DNA of 64,000 bases from Thermoplasmata archaeon (GTDB lineage Archaea > Thermoplasmatota > Thermoplasmata > GCA-020350865), in assembly GCA_020348445.1 (NCBI GenBank), contig CP070751.1, forward strand, positions 703,116 through 767,115. Direction: 5' to 3'. The notes below the pieces were generated by a model. That model worked only from the letters and a program-made list of their open reading frames with translations. It was not told the origin of the DNA and searched no databases. Positions 28,655 through 38,900 of the stretch are shown here, in pieces. Every line of letters begins with the position of its first letter. Position 1 is the stretch's first letter. Position numbers and translations under genes: made by a program.

Positions 28655-31546
28655 CTACTCCACAAAAATCGCAGGTCTTCTCGGTACAGCAAATCTGGCC
28701 TTGTCCTTGGGATCGTACCGCGAATCATCATCTGAAGTATATATTTCGATGTCACATTTGAATTCATGTTTTAAAAAGTCAGCAGCCTCTATCAGGTAGC
28801 TCCTTTCATCCATGGTCTTGGATAGCTGTAGGAGCTCATCTTGTCCTCTATTTGTCAAATTTTCCGCCAATTTCTTGGCATAAGCTGAGGCCTCCTTTGA
28901 ATTCTTTTTAATAGACTCGCGGGTCATTGCTGATTTCATGAGGTTATTTATGTTCAGTTCCTTGGCAATGCTCATATCTATGGCTATTTGGTGCATTTCA
29001 TATTTCCAGGAAGAAGGCGTATAGAGCACGATTTTATTGGGCGAGATTCCAGTCACCTTCAGAATCTCGTTTATATCGGACATGGTATCTATTAGGAACT
29101 CCTCTGACAGTTCGATTGTGTGATTGATTTTTTCAGAATCAGCTTTTGGATACTCGGCAAGAGAGATGAATCCATCAAAACCCAGTTTTTCCCATATCTC
29201 CTCGCAAATGTGTGGGGCAACAGGTGCAAGAATCTTAGTCTGGGCCGCAATAAGATCATTTATAAGATCCTTGTTTAAATCTCCAAGGCACCGTCTCTGA
29301 TACCATCTTAGGTGTCTTTGCAAATCAAAATATCCGATTTTCAATGCAGTTCTGAAGTTCATCTCCTCCATGGCAGCATCAGTTTCTGATATCGTCCTGT
29401 TTAAGATCGATTCGAACCAGGTATCGATTCCGATTTCCTCCTTTCTACCTTTATCGTAATAGTTGATGGCAAAGTCCCTCCAGGCTTCAAGGCGAGCATA
29501 TGCACCTTTCGCAAAGTCCATGTTAAAGTTTGGGTCGTCTATTCCTTCACCGCTGTATGTTAAAGTCAGTCTCGTGCCATCGGTGCCAAATCTGTCAAGG
29601 ATATCCCTGAGGGGATAGAAATTTCCAGCAGATTTGCTCATCTTGGCACCAGATACCAGAATCCAGCCGTTTAGGCCAAATCCCAATGGCCAGTACTCTT
29701 CAGGGAAGATGGCAACATGATTGAATAGACAGAAAGAAAGGTGATTCTGAACAAGATCTTTACCTGAAACTCTTAGATCGAAAGGATACCAGTACTTGAA
29801 CTCATTTCTCATTTCCTTTAATATAGATTCAGGTACGCCTGTGTTTTCAGAAATAGTCCTTATCTCACCCTCTTCCAGGAATACATAATCAAAAAAGGCA
29901 TCGTCTATCTTATCTGCTGGAACTATTTTTTCGTGCTCCAGGTATTTTGATATCGTATAATAAGCCATGTATATCGTGGAATCGGAGAGGGACTCGATTA
30001 CCCAGTTCTCGTCCCATGGAAGCCCGGTTCCCAGACCGAACTCCCTTGTACAGGCCCAGTCGTTGAGCCAGTCGATCACGTATGAAAATTGCTTCCTCAC
30101 GGCCTCGGGATAGAGTTTCAATCTGTCTAAAGCCCGATGAGCACCATCTTTCCATTCCCTATTTCCATATGCGATAAACCACTGGTTTGATACCACCTTG
30201 ACTATGCTGGGGGTAAGGCATCTGCACACCACATCTCCAGAAAGCTCGTACATCAAGTCAGCTTCGCTGCCTTCTATTAGCTTCTCCTTTACAAGATCCT
30301 TTGCCTCTTCTACCTTCATACCTGCATATTCCCCGCAGTTCTCGTTCATAACCCCCGTATAGAATCCTGATTTGTAGATGATCTTCTTTGCCTCTTCCAG
30401 CTTTTCTCTGTCGTTTTGGCTCTCAATTTTCATATCCTCGCAGATTTTAACGGCAGGTAGATTTCCCCATCCGGGGGTTTCGATTATTGGAATGGGCTCG
30501 ATCTTCCTGATTTTTTCGCAGTCCAATCCAAAGCGACTGCACATACCCTCGTCCCGAAGGTCATAAAGGCCCATCCAGTCGTCAGGTGCATCAGATGGGA
30601 CGCTGGTTACAAGACCGGTTCCTTTGTTGGGATCGCAAAATTCCGAGGGCAGAATCAGAATCTCCCGATTTATGCCAGGTGCGATGCATGTTTTTCCTAT
30701 CATCTGTCCTCCCCAGATTTCACCTACTATCTCTAGGCCCTCTCTTTGCTCCATCAATTTATCTGCGCACTCCTTACTTACTATCCAAATCTCATCCCCT
30801 ACCTTGACCTTAACATACCTTAAGTCCACATCAACCCACATATTGGTCTGCCCATATACTGTCTCGGGTCTGAGTGTGGCTGCAATGATGTACGCGTCAT
30901 TGAACTTGAACTTAAGCAAAGTCATCTCGGTGGGAGTCTCACCTTCCCCTTTGATCCTTGCATGATCTCCCACAGGTGAATTGCATTTTGTGCACCACAC
31001 CACAGGGTGCTCCCCAAGCACAACATATTCCTTGGACTTCAGCTTTCTAAACTGCCATTCTATGAACTTGTTATACAATGGATTCAATGATGTTGTGATG
31101 AAGCTCCTGCGCCAGTCAATTGAGCCTCCAAAACGATCTACATCCTTTATGTATTCATCTGGAAAATATTGTGTCCAATAGACTGGGTCAGCAAATTTTG
31201 GAATCATATCATCAGGTATACCCATATCCTCCATGATCTTGAGCTGTTTCGGGTCCTTTTCTTTTATTCGGTCGGCTGCTGATACGATAGGAGATCCTGT
31301 GCAGTGAAATGCGAATGGAAACAGAACATTGTATCCTTTCATACGCTTGTAGCGGGCATACACATCCACTCGAAGCAGGGTGTAGGCATGGCCTAGGTGC
31401 ATATAACCGTTCATATATGGGTACGGAAAGTTGAGGAAATACTTCTTCATCCCCTGTTTAGGTTCTGCTTCGAAGATTTTTGCATCTTTCCATTTTCTTT
31501 GCCATTTTTCTTCTATGAATCTTGCATCTTCTTGGCCTTGCTCCAT
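28655..31546 (-). CDS. leuS: Leucine--tRNA ligase (archaeal type)
   Basis: [48 protein letters not shown]. Confidence 0.97.
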   Translation of the reverse strand: MEQGQEDARFIEEKWQRKWKDAKIFEAEPKQGMKKYFLNFPYPYMNGYMHLGHAYTLLRVDVYARYKRMKGYNVLFPFAFHCTGSPIVSAADRIKEKDPKQLKIMEDMGIPDDMIPKFADPVYWTQYFPDEYIKDVDRFGGSIDWRRSFITTSLNPLYNKFIEWQFRKLKSKEYVVLGEHPVVWCTKCNSPVGDHARIKGEGETPTEMTLLKFKFNDAYIIAATLRPETVYGQTNMWVDVDLRYVKVKVGDEIWIVSKECADKLMEQREGLEIVGEIWGGQMIGKTCIAPGINREILILPSEFCDPNKGTGLVTSVPSDAPDDWMGLYDLRDEGMCSRFGLDCEKIRKIEPIPIIETPGWGNLPAVKICEDMKIESQNDREKLEEAKKIIYKSGFYTGVMNENCGEYAGMKVEEAKDLVKEKLIEGSEADLMYELSGDVVCRCLTPSIVKVVSNQWFIAYGNREWKDGAHRALDRLKLYPEAVRKQFSYVIDWLNDWACTREFGLGTGLPWDENWVIESLSDSTIYMAYYTISKYLEHEKIVPADKIDDAFFDYVFLEEGEIRTISENTGVPESILKEMRNEFKYWYPFDLRVSGKDLVQNHLSFCLFNHVAIFPEEYWPLGFGLNGWILVSGAKMSKSAGNFYPLRDILDRFGTDGTRLTLTYSGEGIDDPNFNMDFAKGAYARLEAWRDFAINYYDKGRKEEIGIDTWFESILNRTISETDAAMEEMNFRTALKIGYFDLQRHLRWYQRRCLGDLNKDLINDLIAAQTKILAPVAPHICEEIWEKLGFDGFISLAEYPKADSEKINHTIELSEEFLIDTMSDINEILKVTGISPNKIVLYTPSSWKYEMHQIAIDMSIAKELNINNLMKSAMTRESIKKNSKEASAYAKKLAENLTNRGQDELLQLSKTMDERSYLIEAADFLKHEFKCDIEIYTSDDDSRYDPKDKARFAVPRRPAIFVE

Positions 31547-31670
31547 TTTTACGACCTTTGCCGTGCATAGATATTGTTAAATATAGGTTTTGTGGGAATT
31601 ATCCTTGCATACTATTGTACATTTCATCAATATTGATAAGAAAATAACTTATTTAGTTGTTGATAAATCT

Positions 31671-32213
31671 TCAATCAGAAGACAAAATTTCCTCACCCAA
31701 TGTGAAGAACCCCAGTTCAACATTCTTACCAGTTTTTGCGCTGGAAAGATAGGCATACGAGCGTTTGAATTTAGAGCAGAATTTATCAAGCTCTTTAATA
31801 TTTATTTCGGCTTCCTTCTTCAAATCGCATTTATTGGCGAGAAAAACTATAGGAACCTCGCCTGAAATGGAATACACGGCCTTGACCCAATCTTCAAGAT
31901 ACAACATGGTGTCGCGTCTTGTGATGTCGCAGACAGCCACAACGCCCTGACATCCGAAAAAATACGCATTCTGAAGCATCTGGCGAAAACCCTGCTGGCC
32001 CATGATATCCCAGACGAGCATCCTAATATTTGTTGAGGTGCGTCTTCTTGGATGCTTGAGGGTCACCTCTTTTTTTGTGATTTTGGTGCCTAGGGTGGTG
32101 ATGTACTTATCAGAGAACTGATCGAAGACGAATCGTTTGATCAAACTGGTTTTACCTACCCCTCCTTCCCCTACGAGGCATATTTTAAAGGAGTAGTCCA
32201 CTTCGTTGTTCAT
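31671..32213 (-). CDS. Rab-like/Ras-superfamily small GTPase
   Basis: G1 GEGGVGKTS, G2 YITTLG, G3 WDIMGQ, G4 NKCD, G5 SSAK; ATG 32213 after a G-rich SD. Confidence 0.9.
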   Translation of the reverse strand: MNNEVDYSFKICLVGEGGVGKTSLIKRFVFDQFSDKYITTLGTKITKKEVTLKHPRRRTSTNIRMLVWDIMGQQGFRQMLQNAYFFGCQGVVAVCDITRRDTMLYLEDWVKAVYSISGEVPIVFLANKCDLKKEAEINIKELDKFCSKFKRSYAYLSSAKTGKNVELGFFTLGEEILSSD

Positions 32214-32388
32214 CTCTTTCCCCCCCAAGAAATGGTTCTAAATAGGCATTTCAATGGCCTTTAGGGGGATTGCCTTCATCGTTTATAAAACCTTTCCAAA
32301 ATCTCATAAACCATCAAAAACATATAAAATAATGGAATAAAAACCCTTAATAATAGTAAAATATATTCGTTAATTCCGGGGAGTTCAG

Positions 32389-32880
32389 ATGAATAGGACA
32401 GAATTGATGGCAGAAGGCATGTCCCTCGTCGAAAGGGGGAAGTACAAGGAGGCTGTAGAGATTTTTAATGAGATATTAACAGAAGATCCCCAGGATGTTG
32501 AAGCCTGGATCAACAAAGGTTGTGCTTTGCTGTACTTGGAAAAGCCCAGGGAATCCCTACACTGTACAAACAAAGCATTGGAAATCGATTTAAACAACAC
32601 CATAGCTTTAAATAACAAAGGAATTGCCCTATTTCGTATAAACGATTTTGAAGGTGCAGAAGACGCCTTTAATAAAACTTTAGAAATAGATCCGAAGTAC
32701 GCAGAAGCCTGGTACAACAAAGCCTGTTTAGCATCCGAGCAAAAAAAAGTCTATGAAGCCTTAAGAAATCTTGAAAAGGCCTTGAGTCTTGATAGAAACA
32801 GATTCCTAACCCACGCAAAGATTGACAGACATCTTGACAACATCCGAAATGAAGCGAGATTCAAGGAACTTGTGGATTGA
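32389..32880 (+). CDS. Tetratricopeptide repeat protein with TPR end-of-group-like C-terminus
   Basis: Repeats AWINKG, ALNNKG, AWYNKA; tail YNKAC...ALRNLEKAL...AKIDRHLDNIRNEARFKELV. Confidence 0.88.
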   Translation: MNRTELMAEGMSLVERGKYKEAVEIFNEILTEDPQDVEAWINKGCALLYLEKPRESLHCTNKALEIDLNNTIALNNKGIALFRINDFEGAEDAFNKTLEIDPKYAEAWYNKACLASEQKKVYEALRNLEKALSLDRNRFLTHAKIDRHLDNIRNEARFKELVD

Positions 32881-32899
32881 TTGAAAAGGCGGGTTCTTT

Positions 32900-33559
32900 A
32901 TGCCTGGGATGAAATATTTCAGACGGAAGATATGCTTACTTGGTGATGCCGCAGTGGGAAAAACCAGCCTTATCAGAAGATACGTGGAGGACAAATTCGA
33001 CGATAAATATGTGGTAACACTTGGAACAAAGGTGACAATGAGGGAACAGGTTATTCAAGACCCAAACAGTAATCAACCAATGAATATGACCCTGATGATT
33101 TGGGACATATTGGGACAAAGGGAGTACAAGCGGCTTCAAACGAGCTTTTACAGGGGAGCGAACGGAGCTTTAGTTGTGGTAGACATTACAAGAAAAGAGA
33201 CATTAGATAGTTTACACGGCTGGATACTATCCCTTTTCAATAGTGTGGGAAAAGTACCTATTCTCATCCTATTAAATAAAAACGATCTTACAGAGCAAAC
33301 CGCGATAAAATCCGAGGATATGGATGATGCGATCAAAAAATATGAGACATCGTATCTACTCACCAGTGCCAAGACAGGAGAAAATGTCGATTTAGCCTTT
33401 AAGAAAATGAGTGAGATGCTGTTATTTAGGGAGCAAAGTAAAGGATCACAAGAAGGGAATTCTAAATCTGACGAAATGAAACAATTTGCAGGCCCAGAAA
33501 CCAAGATTCCATCAGAAACTGGAGCTACCAGCGATAAAAACGACAATGATTCAGCTTGA
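32900..33559 (+). CDS. Rab-like/Ras-superfamily small GTPase with unstructured C-terminal tail
   Basis: G1 GDAAVGKTS, G2 YVVTLG, G3 WDILGQ, FYRGANGALVVVDIT, G4 NKND, G5 TSAK. Confidence 0.9.
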   Translation: MPGMKYFRRKICLLGDAAVGKTSLIRRYVEDKFDDKYVVTLGTKVTMREQVIQDPNSNQPMNMTLMIWDILGQREYKRLQTSFYRGANGALVVVDITRKETLDSLHGWILSLFNSVGKVPILILLNKNDLTEQTAIKSEDMDDAIKKYETSYLLTSAKTGENVDLAFKKMSEMLLFREQSKGSQEGNSKSDEMKQFAGPETKIPSETGATSDKNDNDSA

Positions 33560-33622
33560 GCAAAGGCCGATATGCTGTTTGAGATAGATAACCGGTACAA
33601 CCAGGGTATCTGGAGTGAAGCC

Positions 33623-34927
33623 ATGATTGAAGCCGATAACATAGTAAAAAGGTATCCTATAAGAGGGGAAGGGTACAACTGGCGAAAAGCATTTATTTCC
33701 GCCATCAAAAGGAGAAAGCAGGATGAATTAACGGCATTGTACAATGTGAGCCTGGATGTGCAAAAAAGTGAAATAGTGGGAATTTTAGGGCCCAACGGTG
33801 CAGGGAAGACCACCTTGATCAAGATTTTAGCAGGTCTCCTGGTTCCAGATTCAGGAAAAGCCAGTGTTAATTATTACGATGTGATCAAAAATAGAAAACA
33901 GGTGCGAACGTCCCTCAATCTGCTCAGAAGCGGTGGATGGGTAATGTTCGACTACAAGCTCACAGTATACAACAATCTGAAATACTGGGGTATTGTACAG
34001 GGATTGGGCTGGAATGAAATCAAACCGAGGATCGAAGAGGTCCTGGAAATCGTGAGATTGAAGGATAAAATCAACGAATATCCTGAAAACCTTTCTGCGG
34101 GGATGAGGCAGAAGATGTGCCTTGCGCTTTGCCTTCTCTCCGACAGGCCTATATATCTTCTGGACGAGCCAACCGCGAACATAGACCCGTACTCTGCAAA
34201 TTTTATTCGTGAGTTCGTACGGGATGAACTGGCAGGCAACGGAAAAACCGTTCTTCTGGCCACACATAACCTATGGGAGGCTGAGATGATATGCGACAGA
34301 ATAGCCATATTGCTCAAAGGTTGTGTGGTGCTGTTCGACAAAACCGAGGTAATAAAAGGAAGGCGTGAGGGTGGATATATTCTGATAAACGTTTTGAACC
34401 TTTCCGATGATCTGGTGGAGGATCTTTCTTGCCTGGATTTTGTTAGATCTGTATTCCCAAGTTGTCTTCGCGACTCAAAAGGTGAGGACCAGTATCAGCT
34501 CGAGATCCATGGGGATGTGGAGGAACATCTGCAGGAACTTCTTGAGGTTTGTTTTGGTCATACCGAAGTGGGGAGCATGGAAACCAAAGATCCCTCCCTA
34601 AACGACATCTTCATGGAGATGATGGAAAGGATAGATTCAGATAAGGCGCAGATTTCAGATAGGTATAAACTCTACAAGAATGCGTTGATCGAGGCTTATG
34701 GGGATTACGGTGTAATAATCAATGAAAAAAAGGAGTTGCTAAGGGAGATCAAAGAGAGACTCGATATCTCGGACGGGGAGCATAAACAGATAGATGCAAT
34801 GGTCCAAGAGGAAATGAAACCAAAGTGGAAGAAAAAGGCAAGGGAGGATAAAAAAGCAGCAAAGCATCTTGACCCAGCAGTTGCTGAGCTGATAAAACTA
34901 AAGTCCGAGCTTGAGGAAGAGGACTAG
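33623..34927 (+). CDS. ABC exporter ATP-binding subunit with extra C-terminal helical domain
   Basis: Walker A GPNGAGKTT, signature LSAGMRQK, Walker B LLDEPT, H-loop LATHN; GGAGTGA SD before ATG 33623. Confidence 0.9.
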   Translation: MIEADNIVKRYPIRGEGYNWRKAFISAIKRRKQDELTALYNVSLDVQKSEIVGILGPNGAGKTTLIKILAGLLVPDSGKASVNYYDVIKNRKQVRTSLNLLRSGGWVMFDYKLTVYNNLKYWGIVQGLGWNEIKPRIEEVLEIVRLKDKINEYPENLSAGMRQKMCLALCLLSDRPIYLLDEPTANIDPYSANFIREFVRDELAGNGKTVLLATHNLWEAEMICDRIAILLKGCVVLFDKTEVIKGRREGGYILINVLNLSDDLVEDLSCLDFVRSVFPSCLRDSKGEDQYQLEIHGDVEEHLQELLEVCFGHTEVGSMETKDPSLNDIFMEMMERIDSDKAQISDRYKLYKNALIEAYGDYGVIINEKKELLREIKERLDISDGEHKQIDAMVQEEMKPKWKKKAREDKKAAKHLDPAVAELIKLKSELEEED

Positions 34928-34974
34928 AGGAGTTAGATTTACCAGCGTATTCATATGAGGAGCAGTTGATTTAA

Positions 34975-35838
34975 ATGGCGGGTGCCAAGCGGAAAATTGG
35001 GAAGGTCAAGCACGGCCTCAACTTCAAAGAAACCATGCATGTAGTTGGCAGCTACATGGCCAAGAATTTCCGGCTTTGGTATCGATTCAAGGTGAGCTTT
35101 TTTTTCACGCTTATTTCCATGGTCGTGGCCATAGCAATATGGTATTTCATGAATAGGGTGCTGGAAATCGGTTTTATGGACGATTACTTCTCCTTCGTGC
35201 TAATAGGTATCGTGATAAACCAGTACGTGCTTACTACATTATCTACCTATCTTGAATCATTAAAGGAACTGTATTGGTCAAACCAGCTGGAATTCTATCT
35301 AACGTCACCATCCAGACTTAAAACCTTCTTTTTGTCATCATTAACCTGGACGTATACATATGCTACAATAAATGCCCTGCTTTATTTCGCTATTGGCATA
35401 TTCATATTTGATGCCAACCTGATTGTAAATCCCGAGGCGATTCTGATCATTCCCATGCTGTTTCTTTTGATAGTAGGACTTTCGGGCTTTGGGCTTATTT
35501 CAGCCAGTATGTTTCTTCTTGTGGATGCAAAAGGGGAGATAGAGCCCATAAGCTGGGGGATTTCCACGCTCACTCTCCTGGTCTCAGGTGTTGTTTTTCC
35601 GTTCGAGGAGTTTCTCAATATATTCCCGCCCTTATATTATGTGGCCATTGTGCTACCCCAGACCTGGGCAATTCACGGTATCAGGGGATTGCTTCAGGGT
35701 GGGGGCATAGGAAATGCCATTCCCATAATGGGTATACTGGTGATATTTGCATTGATACTTTTTCCTCTTGGTGTTGCCATGTTCAGATTCGGGATAAGAA
35801 AGGGGGAGAGGGTAGGAAGCTTGGCCAAATGGGCGTGA
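34975..35838 (+). CDS. ABC-2 type transporter permease
   Basis: About 6 TMs; LEFYLTSP, LVSGVVFP..LPQTWAIHGIR, typical ABC-2 membrane pattern; adjacent to the ATPase. Confidence 0.88.
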   Translation: MAGAKRKIGKVKHGLNFKETMHVVGSYMAKNFRLWYRFKVSFFFTLISMVVAIAIWYFMNRVLEIGFMDDYFSFVLIGIVINQYVLTTLSTYLESLKELYWSNQLEFYLTSPSRLKTFFLSSLTWTYTYATINALLYFAIGIFIFDANLIVNPEAILIIPMLFLLIVGLSGFGLISASMFLLVDAKGEIEPISWGISTLTLLVSGVVFPFEEFLNIFPPLYYVAIVLPQTWAIHGIRGLLQGGGIGNAIPIMGILVIFALILFPLGVAMFRFGIRKGERVGSLAKWA

Positions 35839-35984
35839 TTAGCACCGATGAAAAGATAATAAAGGTACGGATTAACTGATGACGATTCTCCCTATCTCTG
35901 AAAGGATGATATTTGGATAGTATAACCGAAAGATATAAAATATCCGATTTGGATGGGGTGTCCACTTCCGTCATGGAGGAGGGA

Positions 35985-38900
35985 ATGTCCATGGAAAGAA
36001 CGTTTAAGACAGTCATAATCGTGTGCTCGCTGGTGTTTGCTGGACTTTTTGGCATCATCAGCCTTGAAACTGAAATTGCGAGTGCTGGGACGATCCTTCA
36101 CGTAAGAGGGGGTCCTCCAGGAAACTATTCAAATATCCAAGATGCTATTAATGCGAGTAGCGATGGGGATACTATTTTGGTTTACAACGGCACTTATTAT
36201 GAAAATATTGTGGTAAATAAGACAATTAATCTTATTGGTGCACATTGGAGTAACACAACAATCGTTGGTGATGGAACCGGTGATGTGGTTTATGTCAACA
36301 GAAGTTGGGTAAACATAACAGGTTTTACCATCACAAATGGCGGCCCTGCCCCGGGTGATGCAGGAGTTGAATTGGACACTGTGAACAACTGCAATATCTC
36401 ATTTTGCAACATTTCTGATAACTTAGGCGATGGTATCTTTGTATCCACATCCACGAACAACAATATAAATAACAATTCTGTTCATGACAATGAATACGGC
36501 ATATTTTTAGGTCAGGCTCCAGACAATATTCTTCGTGACAACACAATTGACAACAACGCTTACAATTTCGGAGTTCGAGGATTGGCTGTCTTGGATTATC
36601 ATCAAGATATCGATATTTCCAACACAATCAACGGGAAACCCATATACTACATCATCGGGCAAAGCGGGCTCGTTTTTGATGAAACCACACCCGTTGGCTA
36701 CTTGGGATTAATTTCCTGCGAGAATATAGAGGTAAAAAATCTCGTTCTCACCAATAATTACCATGGAATATTACTGGTGAACACCACAAACTCAACTATC
36801 ACGAACTTAACTTTATTTGATAATTATTATGGTGCTTACCTGTATCTTAATTCAATCAACAACAGCATCACAGATTCCTATATTCACGACAATTTCTGGG
36901 TGGGGATAGGACTTGAGTTTTCCCATGATAACAGAATAGAATGGAATATGATTTCAAACAACGACTATGGTCTTCGCTTTTTAGTGACTGTAAATAATAC
37001 CATTTATCAAAATTACATTCAGGACAACAACTATGGAATATATCTAGGCTCCTCAATAAATATTACAGTGTATCACAACAACCTAATAAACAACACGATC
37101 CAAGCCATGGACGATGAAATCAACAAATGGAACATCGCCCCTCCTTTTGGTGGTAACTTCTGGTCTGACTGGTATTTCCCAGATGACGACTGCGACGGCT
37201 TTGTTGACTACCCACGAATCATCCCGATTTCCGAGGAAGCGATAATAATAACAGAGATCATGAAGAATCCTGTTGCAGTTGGTGACACGCAAGGAGAATG
37301 GTTTGAGATATACAACGCAGGAACGACAACAGTGGATATCAACGATTGGGAAATAAAAGATAGCGGGGTAATTGACAGCCACATAATTAACAACGGGGGA
37401 CCCCTTACAATTGCTCCAGGTGAATATCTGGTACTTGGGATAAATGCAAGTTACTTTGAAAACGGCGGTGTTTTAGTGGACTACGAGTACTCCAATTTCG
37501 TCCTTGCCAATCTTGATGATGAGATAATTCTCATGGATGGTTTAGTTGAGATGGATAGGGTGGAATATGATGATGGCACAAATTGGCCAAGTCCCACAGG
37601 CGCATCCATGGAGCTTTTGGATTACACTAAAGATAACAACGATTATACGAACTGGCAGGAAACTCCACCCTCTGAACCGTACGGAATGGGAGATTATGGA
37701 ACACCTGGAAGGGATAATACTGGCCTTACCCATTCCCGTGACAATTTTGCCTACACATACGAAAACAGCTGGTATACGGGTTGGTTCAACAAATCCGTGT
37801 ACATGAACTATGCCCCAATGGGCATGCCTGATTTTGATCAGCGCGAAAAGGCTCTGCGAACTGGACAAGATTATTGGAAGACCATTAATGCAGGTCAAAA
37901 CGGTGTTTTAGACTCCGGGCCCCTTACGGGCGATGATGTCCTTGTAAATTCCTCTGCTGGACAAAACAATGTCAGCATTGCTCCTGGGGCAAACCATGTG
38001 ATCGATACACCGCTTGGTGGTGACGACACCTTAGAATACTCATATTGCGGGCCCACAGCTGCTGTTAATGGCTTGTGGTGGTTGGATTCCAAATTTGCAG
38101 ATCCTATTGGAACCCAGGGAGACGGAAATGACGATCATTCTCTTGTTCCAGACCTTGGTGGAGGCGATGACCATGCCCGTGATAATGTTCAATTTCTAAT
38201 TGAAGAACTTGCTGAATTGTTCAAAACAAATGAAACAGGCTCCACTACCGTATCAAATATGGTTGACGGTCTCAACCAGTGGTTCGATCTTCAAGGTCAG
38301 AGAATAAATTACACGGCCCATAGCATATCATGGCCAATGTGGGAGAAAGTGGCAGAAGAGGTGCGAAAATGTAACGTTGCAATACTCTTTTTAGGGTTCT
38401 ATGATGATGAAGGCAACAGAACATACGGGCACATCGTCACTGTCTCAGGGGTGAACCAGGGTGGCTTTATGATTGCAATCAGCGACCCCATAAAAAATGC
38501 AGCAAATCCAATTGCCGACTTCTCATCGTACAACGATCCCCTCAATGTCTCTCACGATATATACATAGTCCTGCCAGGTCCTCCACCCATTGTAAATCCA
38601 CCCCCCTCCTGGATGTTGCTCGAAAGTTACACCTCAGGGTACGGTTTTCCAATGCCTCCAATTTACTATGCAGTTGTCGAGGAAGTTGTTATTATCTCCC
38701 CCATAATACCAACAGTGGATTATATCGAAATCACAGATGTTCCAGATGGTACACCCCTTACAGGGGGAATTATTTCTGTGGGTTTTTCAGAATGGGGCAA
38801 TTGCTCTCTTTACAACAATACTGTAGGATATATGGGCACGGTAAATGCCAACTGGACAGTCCAAGGTGGCACATCCTCATTGCTTGGACCAACACCCGAT

